Below, piece after piece: positions 9,844 through 18,257 of a DNA stretch of 29,712 nucleotides (position 1 is its first letter; each line of letters begins with the position of its first letter). This stretch comes from a bacterium (GTDB lineage Bacteria > CLD3 > SB21): assembly GCA_013360215.1 (NCBI GenBank), contig JABWCP010000034.1, positions 1-29,712 of the forward strand, read 5' to 3'. The notes beneath the pieces are model-generated. The model saw nothing but the letters and a program-made list of their open reading frames with translations, ran no database searches and was not told the origin of the DNA. Position numbers and translations under genes: made by a program.

Positions 9844-10392
9844 CTATTTTTTGCTTAAGGCCTGTGTCACATGTAATAATTCATGGACTGCGGCTTGCAG
9901 CATTTCGATCTGTTTAGGATCGATGAGTTTCCCTTGTTCATCAAACGCTTTGGCGGCCGACGGAATACCTACCTGACGCGGAATAACGAACGCGTTAAAA
10001 AATACGAGCATCTGCCGCATGGCAATAAATAAACGTACACACCCGAACGGCCCTTGTGTCGCACCGGTGAGCATGACGGGTTTATCATGCAACGGACGCT
10101 CTTTGCTTCGCGAAACCCAATCCACAGCGTTTTTCAAACCGCCCGGTATGTTATAGTTATATTCCGGTGAAACAAAAATAACCGCATCGGCACGTTTTAC
10201 ACGTTCGGCAAGGCGTTGCGTTTCCGGAGGCGTTTTATCACCGTCCAGATCACCGTCAAATACCGGAAGCACGGTTTCTTTCAAATCCACCACATCCGTT
10301 GTGTGCCCTTCAAGCATCGGCAAAACATTATTCAATAGTTTTCGGTTGAACGAATCTTTGCGGAGACTGCCGAGAAAAAGTACAATATGCAT
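9844..10392 (-). CDS. NAD(P)H-dependent FMN reductase family oxidoreductase
   Basis: The track ORF 9844..10491 has a 33-aa non-conserved leader. The conserved flavodoxin-like fold starts at the internal Met (MHIVLFLGSLRKDSFNRKL…VIFVSPEYNYNIPGGLKNAVDW), which is typical of the SsuE/YieF/ArsH-type FMN reductase family. Confidence 0.7.
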   Translation of the reverse strand: MHIVLFLGSLRKDSFNRKLLNNVLPMLEGHTTDVVDLKETVLPVFDGDLDGDKTPPETQRLAERVKRADAVIFVSPEYNYNIPGGLKNAVDWVSRSKERPLHDKPVMLTGATQGPFGCVRLFIAMRQMLVFFNAFVIPRQVGIPSAAKAFDEQGKLIDPKQIEMLQAAVHELLHVTQALSKK

Positions 10393-10516
10393 AACGATGC
10401 GCTCCTTGTCTTTATGTTTTGTTAACGAAATTTTCCGAGTGATTCGCTCAGGATATAAAAAACGGGTCCGTGACAGAAATATTCCGCACACTGACCCGTT
10501 CGATTTAACAAAGAAA

Positions 10517-11443
10517 TTATTGCGGTTTGGCCGGCTGTTTTTTATTTGCCTCTCCGGCCGTGATCATCGCATCGCGAATCTGATCAGCTATCGCATTGAG
10601 TCCGCCCGGGGAATGGGGCATCAGAATTGTATTGGTATGTGAATGTTCACCCAGATTTTGCAACGTATCAAAATACTGCGTCATCAAAACAAGCATCATT
10701 ACGTCTTTGGCGGAAGAACCTTCGACCGCCTGCTGAAATTGTTCGACGGAATCGCGCAATCCTTCGATGATGGCTTTACGTTGATCGGCGATACCTTTCC
10801 CCTGAAGTGCTTTACTCTGCGCTTCGGCCTCGGCCGCTTTGACCTTGAGAATACGATCGGCTTCGCCTTTTTCGGCCGCGGCCATACGCATACGCGTTGC
10901 CGCATTGATTTCATTCATCGCTTCTTTCACTTTGGCATCGGGATCAATGTCGGTGACCAGCGCTTTGAGTACGGCATATCCGAAATCTTCCATCGTATCG
11001 CTAAGCTCATGACGCACGGCATCCGCGATCTCGTCTTTTTTCTCAAACAAATCATCCAGTTTGAGCTTGGGCACACGCGCACGCACAAGATCAAATACGA
11101 ACGAAGTTACTTGCTGATGCACATTGGATAACTTGTAATAGGCTTCGTACACTTTTTCCGGTATCACAAAAAACTGAACGGATACTTTGAGATGTACGAA
11201 TACGTCATCCTGTGTTTTGGTTTCCACAACGACGTCGAGTTGCTGCACGCGCATATTGACCCGTGCGGCGATACGATCCACCATCGGAATTTTAAAACGT
11301 AAACCCGACTCGGCCATCCGTGTAAATTTTCCGAAACGCTCGATCACGGCAACGGTTTGTTGCTTGACCACAAAAAAAGCGCTCATGATAATCAGAAACA
11401 GGATAAACCCTGCAAACGCCAAACACATCATTTCAAAGCCCAT
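10517..11443 (-). CDS. SPFH/band-7 (stomatin/prohibitin-like) membrane protein
   Basis: 308 aa. N-terminal TM helix, then an SPFH core (VKQQTVAVIERFGKF…), an Ala/Glu-rich coiled coil (AAAEKGEADRILKVKAAEAEAQSKALQ) and a C-terminal tail. Confidence 0.85.
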   Translation of the reverse strand: MGFEMMCLAFAGFILFLIIMSAFFVVKQQTVAVIERFGKFTRMAESGLRFKIPMVDRIAARVNMRVQQLDVVVETKTQDDVFVHLKVSVQFFVIPEKVYEAYYKLSNVHQQVTSFVFDLVRARVPKLKLDDLFEKKDEIADAVRHELSDTMEDFGYAVLKALVTDIDPDAKVKEAMNEINAATRMRMAAAEKGEADRILKVKAAEAEAQSKALQGKGIADQRKAIIEGLRDSVEQFQQAVEGSSAKDVMMLVLMTQYFDTLQNLGEHSHTNTILMPHSPGGLNAIADQIRDAMITAGEANKKQPAKPQ

Positions 11444-11602
11444 ATTTGAATCTCCGTTTTAATGGATACGTTACGTGATATTTTGTTATATGATTAAATT
11501 CCTCAATGGTATCATTTTAAAAAAAAGAATGGACATTGGCTAATGAATTCGCGTATTTTCGCGCCAATGAAATAAATCCATACTGAACGCATTCATCGCC
11601 CC

Positions 11603-12496
11603 ATGCTTGCTGAACTGGCTACCGAAATCATTCCCCGCTCCAATACTTTATCTATACAGCGAGTACTTCCGCATGTATTGTGCCCCGAGTGCCGATCCGC
11701 ATCATTCAAAATGTATGCTGACGGATCTACGGAATTATCGGTGCTGACGCACGGCGTGATCGTTTGCCAATCCTGCCATCATTGTATTCGTTTTGAAGAC
11801 GGTATCCTCGAAGTGCTCAAAGAAAAACCGGATCATCTTTCGCCCGCACAACATAGTAATTTTTTTCTCCCGGTGGCCGCCGGTTATCAAAAATGCTGGC
11901 GTACGTGGTGTATGCACATGATGTGCGGTACGTCGTTCCCCAACGAAAAAGAAGCCACGCTTCTGATCTCATCGCTCCAACTTTCGTCGTTACCTTCGTC
12001 GGGCATAATCCTGGATCTCGGCACCAGCCATGGTTTCTACGCGGTTGCGATCGCTCAAGCGCTCGAACGCATGCAAAGTGATGCCCTTGTACTGGCGATA
12101 GATATTTCCAAACCCATGTTGCAGCGTGCTGTTCAGAGAGCCGAAGAGGCCGGCGTTTTACATCGCATAATTTTTATTTTAGGTGATGCCGAAGCGTTAC
12201 CTTTGGCGGATTCGACGGTTTGTCGCGTAGTAAGCGGCGGTTCGCTCAATGAATTTACCCGGCCCGATGTCGCCATGAGCGAAGCCGCGCGAACAACACA
12301 AACCGATGCACTTTTTTTTAATATGTTCCTTCATCGCACATCATGGACGGCGCCGCTTTTATCCTTGATCGCCACACTTTCCGGTTTGCATTTTCATACG
12401 GCCGGCACGTACAATGCCCTTTTCGAAAAAACCGGATGGCGTATGGATTTGGCAGAGACGCACGGCATTGTAACTTTTGCACGTCTGAAAAAATAG
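11603..12496 (+). CDS. Class I SAM-dependent methyltransferase with an N-terminal Cys4 zinc-ribbon (Trm112-like) domain
   Basis: CPEC…CQSCHHC zinc ribbon at the N-terminus. Methyltransferase motif I ILDLGTSHGFYA, acidic motif II (AIDISKPM) and motif III-like LPLADSTVCRVVSGGSLNEF. Confidence 0.6.
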   Translation: MLAELATEIIPRSNTLSIQRVLPHVLCPECRSASFKMYADGSTELSVLTHGVIVCQSCHHCIRFEDGILEVLKEKPDHLSPAQHSNFFLPVAAGYQKCWRTWCMHMMCGTSFPNEKEATLLISSLQLSSLPSSGIILDLGTSHGFYAVAIAQALERMQSDALVLAIDISKPMLQRAVQRAEEAGVLHRIIFILGDAEALPLADSTVCRVVSGGSLNEFTRPDVAMSEAARTTQTDALFFNMFLHRTSWTAPLLSLIATLSGLHFHTAGTYNALFEKTGWRMDLAETHGIVTFARLKK

Positions 12497-12555
12497 AATC
12501 GTTTTTTGATTTCGGTTTTTATTGAACACCACATCATTGTATTTTAGTTTGTGTT

Positions 12556-12900
12556 ATGCGAGAACAAACCCATCCTATCCAAAGTATCGAAGAAGAACTG
12601 GCGGAAGCGGAGTTATCGCTCCATAGTGGTAATGACGGACGCGCGCGGGTACAATCACGCCGGGCCGTAGGATTGGCTGTCACGGCATGGCATGCCTCCC
12701 GCGGCGAATTCTCAAGACGTCCTGCGATCGAGCATTTGCGCCATATCGCGCAGGACGCAGCGCTGCCGACGCCCGTACAAAAAGCCGCCGCACGTCTGAT
12801 CAAAAACGTCAACGATCGCTTATCCGCTGATTATACGTTACACCCGGTACGCGACGCACGCATTATCATCACTTATTTTTTACAACGTCTAACCCCTTAA
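12556..12900 (+). CDS. Hypothetical protein (114 aa)
   Basis: The ORF is co-directional and tightly spaced with flanking + strand genes (ends 12900, next gene starts 12911). No recognisable motif. It competes with an antisense 92-aa ORF (12534..12812). Confidence 0.4.
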   Translation: MREQTHPIQSIEEELAEAELSLHSGNDGRARVQSRRAVGLAVTAWHASRGEFSRRPAIEHLRHIAQDAALPTPVQKAAARLIKNVNDRLSADYTLHPVRDARIIITYFLQRLTP

Positions 12901-12910
12901 CCCATCGCCT

Positions 12911-13918
12911 ATGTTTTCAACCATATTCATCATCATCGCCGGTACCGCCATCACCATTGCCGGTATCACCGCGTATAACAAAATCAAAGGCCTGATTCTC
13001 AGAAAACCCAAAGGCTTCCATCTTAACCTCGTCGAGTTTTTCCTCGTGCCGGTCGTGGCGCTTCTGATCGTTTTCGAGATATGGTCGCGCATCGTGGGTA
13101 CCCAGGAAGTGCACGCTCTGGAAATGAGCGGCAACATGCTCTGGGCGCTCGAACACGTCTCACGCGGCACCGGTAATTGGGGCGAACGTTTTTCTCTGCG
13201 CAATGTATTTGGTATCCGCGTCAGCGACGGCACGTACCTTTATAAAAAATCCATGGAAGGCAATTTTCAACGTATCGCTCAAAAAGAAAATATCGCCTGG
13301 TGCTGGGATGATGAAACGATCGTCGGTGTCGAATCTTCGACCGGCGATGTGAAATACACGATTGATCCCGATCGGTTTGAATCGTTACCGGCGTTTCGCG
13401 ATGGGGTGGCCGGTTTTGATATGAAAGCCGATGGTATCATACGTGCCACTAATAAATCCGGTCAGACGATAAACATTGACCCGCTCCATTTTACGGAAAT
13501 CGCTGCACCGCCGGATACAATAGCATCCGAACCCATTACGGCTTCGTCGGATTCTTTCAAGTTTGCTATGTCCGATACGACGAATGCGCAATTGGTCAAC
13601 GCGGCCGGCCAAATTATTTCTAAAGACATTTTAACGCACGGGCGGATTTTGCAAGTGGATCCCGTTCAAAAAATCATCATCACCCGGCATTATGAGAATA
13701 ACGATCCGCAGGATTTTATCATATCCGCGTACCTTTTTAACGGGACATTGCGCTGGCAGGTACGCTATGATCAACTCGGTGTTCGGCGTTTTTTCCTCAA
13801 AAAGAGCTTATTGGCGCACAGCCTGATCGCCGATGAACGGTTTATATTTTCAGCCGGCAACTTTGTCGTCGCATTGGATATTGCAACCGGCAGGCTTTTA
13901 TGGAAAACGGCGTTATAA
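12911..13918 (+). CDS. Hypothetical membrane-anchored protein (2 N-terminal TM helices, C-terminal PQQ-like beta-propeller-like region)
   Basis: 335 aa. Hydrophobic segments FIIIAGTAITIAGITAY and FFLVPVVALLIVFEIW. The C-terminal ATGRLLWKTAL resembles PQQ-repeat signatures. Confidence 0.5.
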   Translation: MFSTIFIIIAGTAITIAGITAYNKIKGLILRKPKGFHLNLVEFFLVPVVALLIVFEIWSRIVGTQEVHALEMSGNMLWALEHVSRGTGNWGERFSLRNVFGIRVSDGTYLYKKSMEGNFQRIAQKENIAWCWDDETIVGVESSTGDVKYTIDPDRFESLPAFRDGVAGFDMKADGIIRATNKSGQTINIDPLHFTEIAAPPDTIASEPITASSDSFKFAMSDTTNAQLVNAAGQIISKDILTHGRILQVDPVQKIIITRHYENNDPQDFIISAYLFNGTLRWQVRYDQLGVRRFFLKKSLLAHSLIADERFIFSAGNFVVALDIATGRLLWKTAL

Positions 13919-13958
13919 GAATACCCTTCTTTAAAGAAACTATGTTCGCAGATCGGAT

Positions 13959-13975
13959 CGATTATTTTATAATCG
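13959..13975. promoter_or_regulatory. Perfect palindrome CGATTAT-ttt-ATAATCG in the promoter region of the hydroxyproline operon (candidate operator)
   Basis: 7-bp inverted arms with a 3-bp spacer, 72 bp upstream of the first gene of the cluster (ATG 14047). A GGAGA Shine-Dalgarno-like element sits 8 bp before the ATG. Confidence 0.3.
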
Positions 13976-14046
13976 CGTTTTAAAAATTTATTGTCTTTCA
14001 AATATTCTGTGATATATTACACGTATATTACAAATGGAGATAAAAC

Positions 14047-14943
14047 ATGCATTCCACATGGCAAGGAATATTTCCTGCAACGACAACTAAATTTAAACCC
14101 GACTTCAGCGTAGATTATGCGGCGATCGAAAAGCATACGACGTGGATGCTGGAAGCCGGAATTCACGGCCTCGTTGTTCTGGGTTCTCTTGGAGAAAACC
14201 TCACCCTCACCGAAGACGAAAAACTCGCCATACTCAAAACGGCATGCAACGTTTGCGCCGGAAAAATCCCGGTCATTGCAACCGTGATGGAAACTTCCAC
14301 GGCCAAGGCTTGTGCTTTTGCAGAAAAAGCTGCACGCGCCGGAGCACAGGGATTCATGGTATTGCCCGGCGTTCCGTATCCGTCCGATGCCCGCGAAACG
14401 ATCGCACATTACCGCACGATCGCCAAAGCAACCGACATCCCGATCATGATCTACAATAATCCGGTGGCTTATAAAGTAGACATTACACCGGAAATGTTTG
14501 CGGAAATGGCGGACGAACCCCATTTTGTAGCGATCAAAGAATCGTCCGATAATATTAGACGCGTGACGGATATCTATAATCGCGTAGGAAACCGTTATCG
14601 GATTTTTTGCGGCGTGGATGATTTGGCTATGGAAGCGCTCACTCTTGGCGCGGACGGATGGTTGGCCGGGTTGGTAGTAGCTTTCCCGCATGAAACGGTA
14701 GCAATCTACAATCTCGTGCGCGAAGGTAAAATGCAACAAGCGCTCGAAATCTACCGATGGTTCATGCCGCTGCTGCATCTGGACGTAAACACCAAATTTG
14801 TCCAAAACATCAAACTGACGGAACAATTGGTCGGTGTCGGTTCGGAGATCGTTCGTGCACCACGATTGCCTTTGATCGGAGATGAGCGTGCGCGCGTCGA
14901 ACATATCGTCCGGGAAGCTTTAGCCAAGCGTCCGAAGCTCTGA
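14047..14943 (+). CDS. DapA/DHDPS-family lyase. In this context, 1-pyrroline-4-hydroxy-2-carboxylate (Pyr4H2C) deaminase of D-hydroxyproline catabolism.
   Basis: 298 aa. DHDPS/NAL fold with Schiff-base Lys in FVAIKESS, GLVVLGSLGE and IYNNP motifs. It is the first gene of a hydroxyproline catabolic cluster (epimerase, D-Hyp dehydrogenase and KGSA dehydrogenase follow). Confidence 0.7.
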   Translation: MHSTWQGIFPATTTKFKPDFSVDYAAIEKHTTWMLEAGIHGLVVLGSLGENLTLTEDEKLAILKTACNVCAGKIPVIATVMETSTAKACAFAEKAARAGAQGFMVLPGVPYPSDARETIAHYRTIAKATDIPIMIYNNPVAYKVDITPEMFAEMADEPHFVAIKESSDNIRRVTDIYNRVGNRYRIFCGVDDLAMEALTLGADGWLAGLVVAFPHETVAIYNLVREGKMQQALEIYRWFMPLLHLDVNTKFVQNIKLTEQLVGVGSEIVRAPRLPLIGDERARVEHIVREALAKRPKL

Positions 14944-15040
14944 CAAAAAATCTGATTTACTATATCCGATCCGGGATGTACATTGATCGGCACTTCTTTG
15001 GTTACACATTCTGTAGTTCTCATCTAAACAAATATTACAC

Positions 15041-16486
15041 ATGACCACCGATATCAAACGTTTGTATATCAACGGTTCATGGATTGACGGTGGCGATACG
15101 TTTGCCAATATCAATCCGTCCGATACGTCCGACCTGATCGCTCATTATGCCGTCGCCACGGCCGATCATGTACATGATGCCGTCGCATCCGCCAAACAAG
15201 CTTTCCCCGCATGGTCGCTTTCCACTCCGCAACAACGGTTTAATATTCTCGACGCCGTTGGTGGTGAAATTTTAGCACGGCAAGATGAACTAGGCCGTTT
15301 GCTGTCGCGAGAAGAAGGAAAAACATTGCCCGAAGGAATCGGCGAAGTGGTACGCGCCGCGATGATATTCAAATTTTTTGCCGGAGAAGCTCTGCGTGCA
15401 GGTGGCGAACGCATGGCCTCCGTACGACCGGGGGTTATGGTAGATATGATGCGCGAACCGCTCGGTGTCGTCGGACTCATCACGCCATGGAATTTTCCGA
15501 TCGCAATACCGGCGTGGAAAATAGCCCCGGCATTAGCATTCGGTAACTGCGTCGTTTTTAAACCGGCTGAATTAGTCCCCGGTTGTGCATGGGCTTTGAC
15601 CGAAATTTTACACAAAGCTGGAATTCCCGCCGGTGTGTTTAACTTACTCATGGGCAAAGGATCTGTCATCGGTCGTACGATCGTTGAGCATCCCGATGTA
15701 AATGCCATTAGCTTTACCGGCTCCGTCGGTGTCGGACGACAGGTTGCGGCACAGTGTGCGGCACGTTTGGCCAAAGTACAACTGGAAATGGGAGGGAAAA
15801 ATCCTCTCGTAATCTTAGATGATGCCGATCTGTCCGTCGCCGTCAACGCCGCCGTACAAGGTGCCTATTATTCCACAGGCCAGCGATGCACGGCGTCAAG
15901 CCGCCTTATCGTGACCGAAGGTATTCATGATGCATTTGTGAAAGCTCTGACGGACAAACTTCAAACCCTGCGCATAGATGATGCATTGGCGCAAGGCACG
16001 GATATCGGCCCGGTCGTTGATCTGACACAGATGAATAAAGACCTCGAATACATTACTATCGGCGCACAAGAGAATGCACATCTTGCGTTTGGCGGTGTCG
16101 CACTCGAACGCAGCAAAAAAGGTTTTTACCTGCAACCCGCGCTGTTTACAGAGACTACCTCTGCCATGCGAATCAACCGCGAAGAAATTTTCGGCCCGGT
16201 CGCGTCAGTGATACGCGTTAAAAATTATGATGAAGCCTTAGCTATGGCCAACGATACCCCGTTCGGTCTGACGTCGGGTATCTGCACGACTTCGCTTAAA
16301 TTCGCAGAACACTTCAAGCGGCACGCGCAGGCCGGCATGGTGATGATCAATCTGCCCACTGCCGGAGTGGATTATCATGTACCCTTCGGAGGACGCAAAG
16401 GCTCCAGCTATGGGGCGCGTGAACAAGGCACGTATGCACGCGAATTTTATACAACAGTAAAAACGGCATATACCTTTGCGGGGTAA
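15041..16486 (+). CDS. NAD(P)+-dependent aldehyde dehydrogenase, probable alpha-ketoglutaric semialdehyde dehydrogenase
   Basis: 481 aa. Catalytic Glu in LEMGGKNP and catalytic Cys in TGQRCTASSR. GSVGVG NAD-binding motif. Position in the Hyp cluster. Confidence 0.75.
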   Translation: MTTDIKRLYINGSWIDGGDTFANINPSDTSDLIAHYAVATADHVHDAVASAKQAFPAWSLSTPQQRFNILDAVGGEILARQDELGRLLSREEGKTLPEGIGEVVRAAMIFKFFAGEALRAGGERMASVRPGVMVDMMREPLGVVGLITPWNFPIAIPAWKIAPALAFGNCVVFKPAELVPGCAWALTEILHKAGIPAGVFNLLMGKGSVIGRTIVEHPDVNAISFTGSVGVGRQVAAQCAARLAKVQLEMGGKNPLVILDDADLSVAVNAAVQGAYYSTGQRCTASSRLIVTEGIHDAFVKALTDKLQTLRIDDALAQGTDIGPVVDLTQMNKDLEYITIGAQENAHLAFGGVALERSKKGFYLQPALFTETTSAMRINREEIFGPVASVIRVKNYDEALAMANDTPFGLTSGICTTSLKFAEHFKRHAQAGMVMINLPTAGVDYHVPFGGRKGSSYGAREQGTYAREFYTTVKTAYTFAG

Positions 16487-16488
16487 CT

Positions 16489-17127
16489 ATGAAAGTCAGT
16501 CTCACCGATCAGGCCTACGATAAAATCGAAGAGATGCTCGTCACGTTAAAATTCAAACCCGGAACGATCATATCCGAACCTGAAATCATCGAACGGATCG
16601 GCATGGGGCGCACTCCGGTCCGCGAGGCTTTATTGCGATTGGGCAAGGAACACATGATCAAAGCCATTCCGCGCAAAGGCATTTATATCAACGAAATCCA
16701 CATCACCGATCACATCGCGTTGATGGAAACGCGTCGGGCACTGGAACGCATTATTGCTATGCGTTCGGCCAATCGCGCTACGGCGGAACAGAAAAAAGAA
16801 CTGACCCGCCTCTCGCAACGTATTGTGGATGCCGCGAAAAAAAATGATATCGAAACGTTCATTCATGCCGACCATGCGTTTGACCTTATCATCAGTGAAG
16901 CCTGTCGCAATCCGTATGCCTCCGAAGCCTGTGCTTCGCTTCGCGCGCATTGCCGACGCTTCTGGTATCGTTTTCATCATGATCAGGATTTGGTAACTTC
17001 CGCTAAACTGCACGCTGAGGTTATGAGTGCTATCGTCGCAGGTAATGAAGTGCGCGCGGGTACCGCCTCCGACAAACTGATGGATTATCTGGATCAGATG
17101 ACGCGCGTTGCGATGAATAAAGGATAA
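16489..17127 (+). CDS. GntR-family transcriptional regulator (FadR subfamily, FCD ligand-binding domain)
   Basis: 212 aa. N-terminal winged HTH (ISEPEIIERIGMGRTPVREALLRLGKEHMI) and all-helical C-terminal domain. Its start is 2 nt after the ALDH stop (TAAcuAUG). Confidence 0.8.
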   Translation: MKVSLTDQAYDKIEEMLVTLKFKPGTIISEPEIIERIGMGRTPVREALLRLGKEHMIKAIPRKGIYINEIHITDHIALMETRRALERIIAMRSANRATAEQKKELTRLSQRIVDAAKKNDIETFIHADHAFDLIISEACRNPYASEACASLRAHCRRFWYRFHHDQDLVTSAKLHAEVMSAIVAGNEVRAGTASDKLMDYLDQMTRVAMNKG

Positions 17128-17204
17128 GAATTAGAATTTAGAATTTAGAATTTAGAATTTAGAATTTAGAATTTAGAATTTAGAATTTAGAATTTAGAAT
17201 TTAG
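17128..17204. repeat. Heptanucleotide tandem repeat (AATTTAG)n: 10 perfect copies plus one degenerate copy (gaattag), 77 bp
   Basis: Read directly: GAATTAG AATTTAG x10. It begins immediately after the GntR stop codon and ends 6 bp before the ATG of the 4-Hyp epimerase gene (17211). Confidence 0.95.
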
Positions 17205-17210
17205 GTCATT

Positions 17211-18212
17211 ATGTCACGACATACATTTTCATGCATTGATGCACATACCTGCGGCAATCCGGTACGCGTTGTTACCAGCGGCGGTCCGGCACTCTTAGGC
17301 GCTAATATGAGTGAACGCCGTCAGCACTTTCTTCGCGAATTCGACTGGATACGTAAAGCGCTTATGTTCGAACCGCGTGGTCACGATATGATGTCAGGCA
17401 GCATTTTTTATCCTCCGATTGATCCGGCCAATGATGTTGCGATATTATTTATCGAAACGAGCGGCTGCCTGCCGATGTGCGGTCATGGCACGATCGGCAC
17501 AGTCACTGTGCTCATCGAGCAACGTTTGATCACGCCGCGCACACCCGGCATCCTCCGCTTGGAAGTTCCCGCCGGTATCGTCGAGGCACATTATACAATC
17601 CAACATAATAAAGTGACCAGTGTTCGCATCGTCAATATCCCCTCGTTCCTCCATTCGCAAAATCTTACCGTCGAATGCCCCGATCTCGGCGAAATCACAC
17701 TGGATGTCGCATACGGTGGTAATTTTTATGCGATCGTGGATCCGCAAAAAAACTTTAAAGGTCTTGAGACGATTTCTGCCGGTGATGTTTTACGATGGAG
17801 TCCGATCGTTCGCCAGCGTATCAACGAAAAATATACTTTCACCCATCCCGAAAATCCCACGATTTGCGGCTGTTCCCATTTACAATGGACGGGCGCTCCG
17901 ACACAAAACGAAGCCCACGCCCGCAATGCCGTATTCTACGGTGATAAAGCAATTGACCGCTCGCCCTGCGGCACAGGCACTTCCGCGCGCATGGCCCAGT
18001 GGGCGGCCAAAGGAAAACTCAAAACCGGCGATACGTTTGTACATGAAAGTATCATCGGAAGTATGTTTCGCGGGCGCGTGGAACGCACAACGCATGTCGG
18101 TGATTACGATGCCATCGTTCCAAGCATCGAAGGATGGGCTTACGTCACAGGTTACAATACGATTTTTATAGATACGGATGATCCCTACGCATACGGTTTT
18201 CAAGTTATGTAA
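17211..18212 (+). CDS. Proline racemase-family enzyme with Cys/Cys catalytic pair: 4-hydroxyproline 2-epimerase (or proline racemase)
   Basis: 333 aa. First catalytic Cys in SGCLPMCGHG (Cys90, nt 17478-80). Second catalytic Cys in DRSPCGTGTSARMA (nt 17967-69). Confidence 0.75.
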   Translation: MSRHTFSCIDAHTCGNPVRVVTSGGPALLGANMSERRQHFLREFDWIRKALMFEPRGHDMMSGSIFYPPIDPANDVAILFIETSGCLPMCGHGTIGTVTVLIEQRLITPRTPGILRLEVPAGIVEAHYTIQHNKVTSVRIVNIPSFLHSQNLTVECPDLGEITLDVAYGGNFYAIVDPQKNFKGLETISAGDVLRWSPIVRQRINEKYTFTHPENPTICGCSHLQWTGAPTQNEAHARNAVFYGDKAIDRSPCGTGTSARMAQWAAKGKLKTGDTFVHESIIGSMFRGRVERTTHVGDYDAIVPSIEGWAYVTGYNTIFIDTDDPYAYGFQVM

Positions 18213-18257
18213 CGGGATACGGTAAACATATAGAAAAAATTTAATTCGGATACGCAA

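Noticed and set aside
12534-12812. 92-aa - strand ORF overlapping the 114-aa + strand hypothetical
   Set aside because: It is antisense to an ORF that fits the operon spacing on the + strand. Its translation is Ala/Arg/Ser-rich. The + strand ORF is preferred, but neither has positive homology evidence.
17128-17204. Heptamer repeat as a coding repeat or mini-CRISPR
   Set aside because: It is not in frame with either flanking gene. It is a tandem repeat without spacers, and 7-bp units cannot encode a peptide repeat in a single frame.
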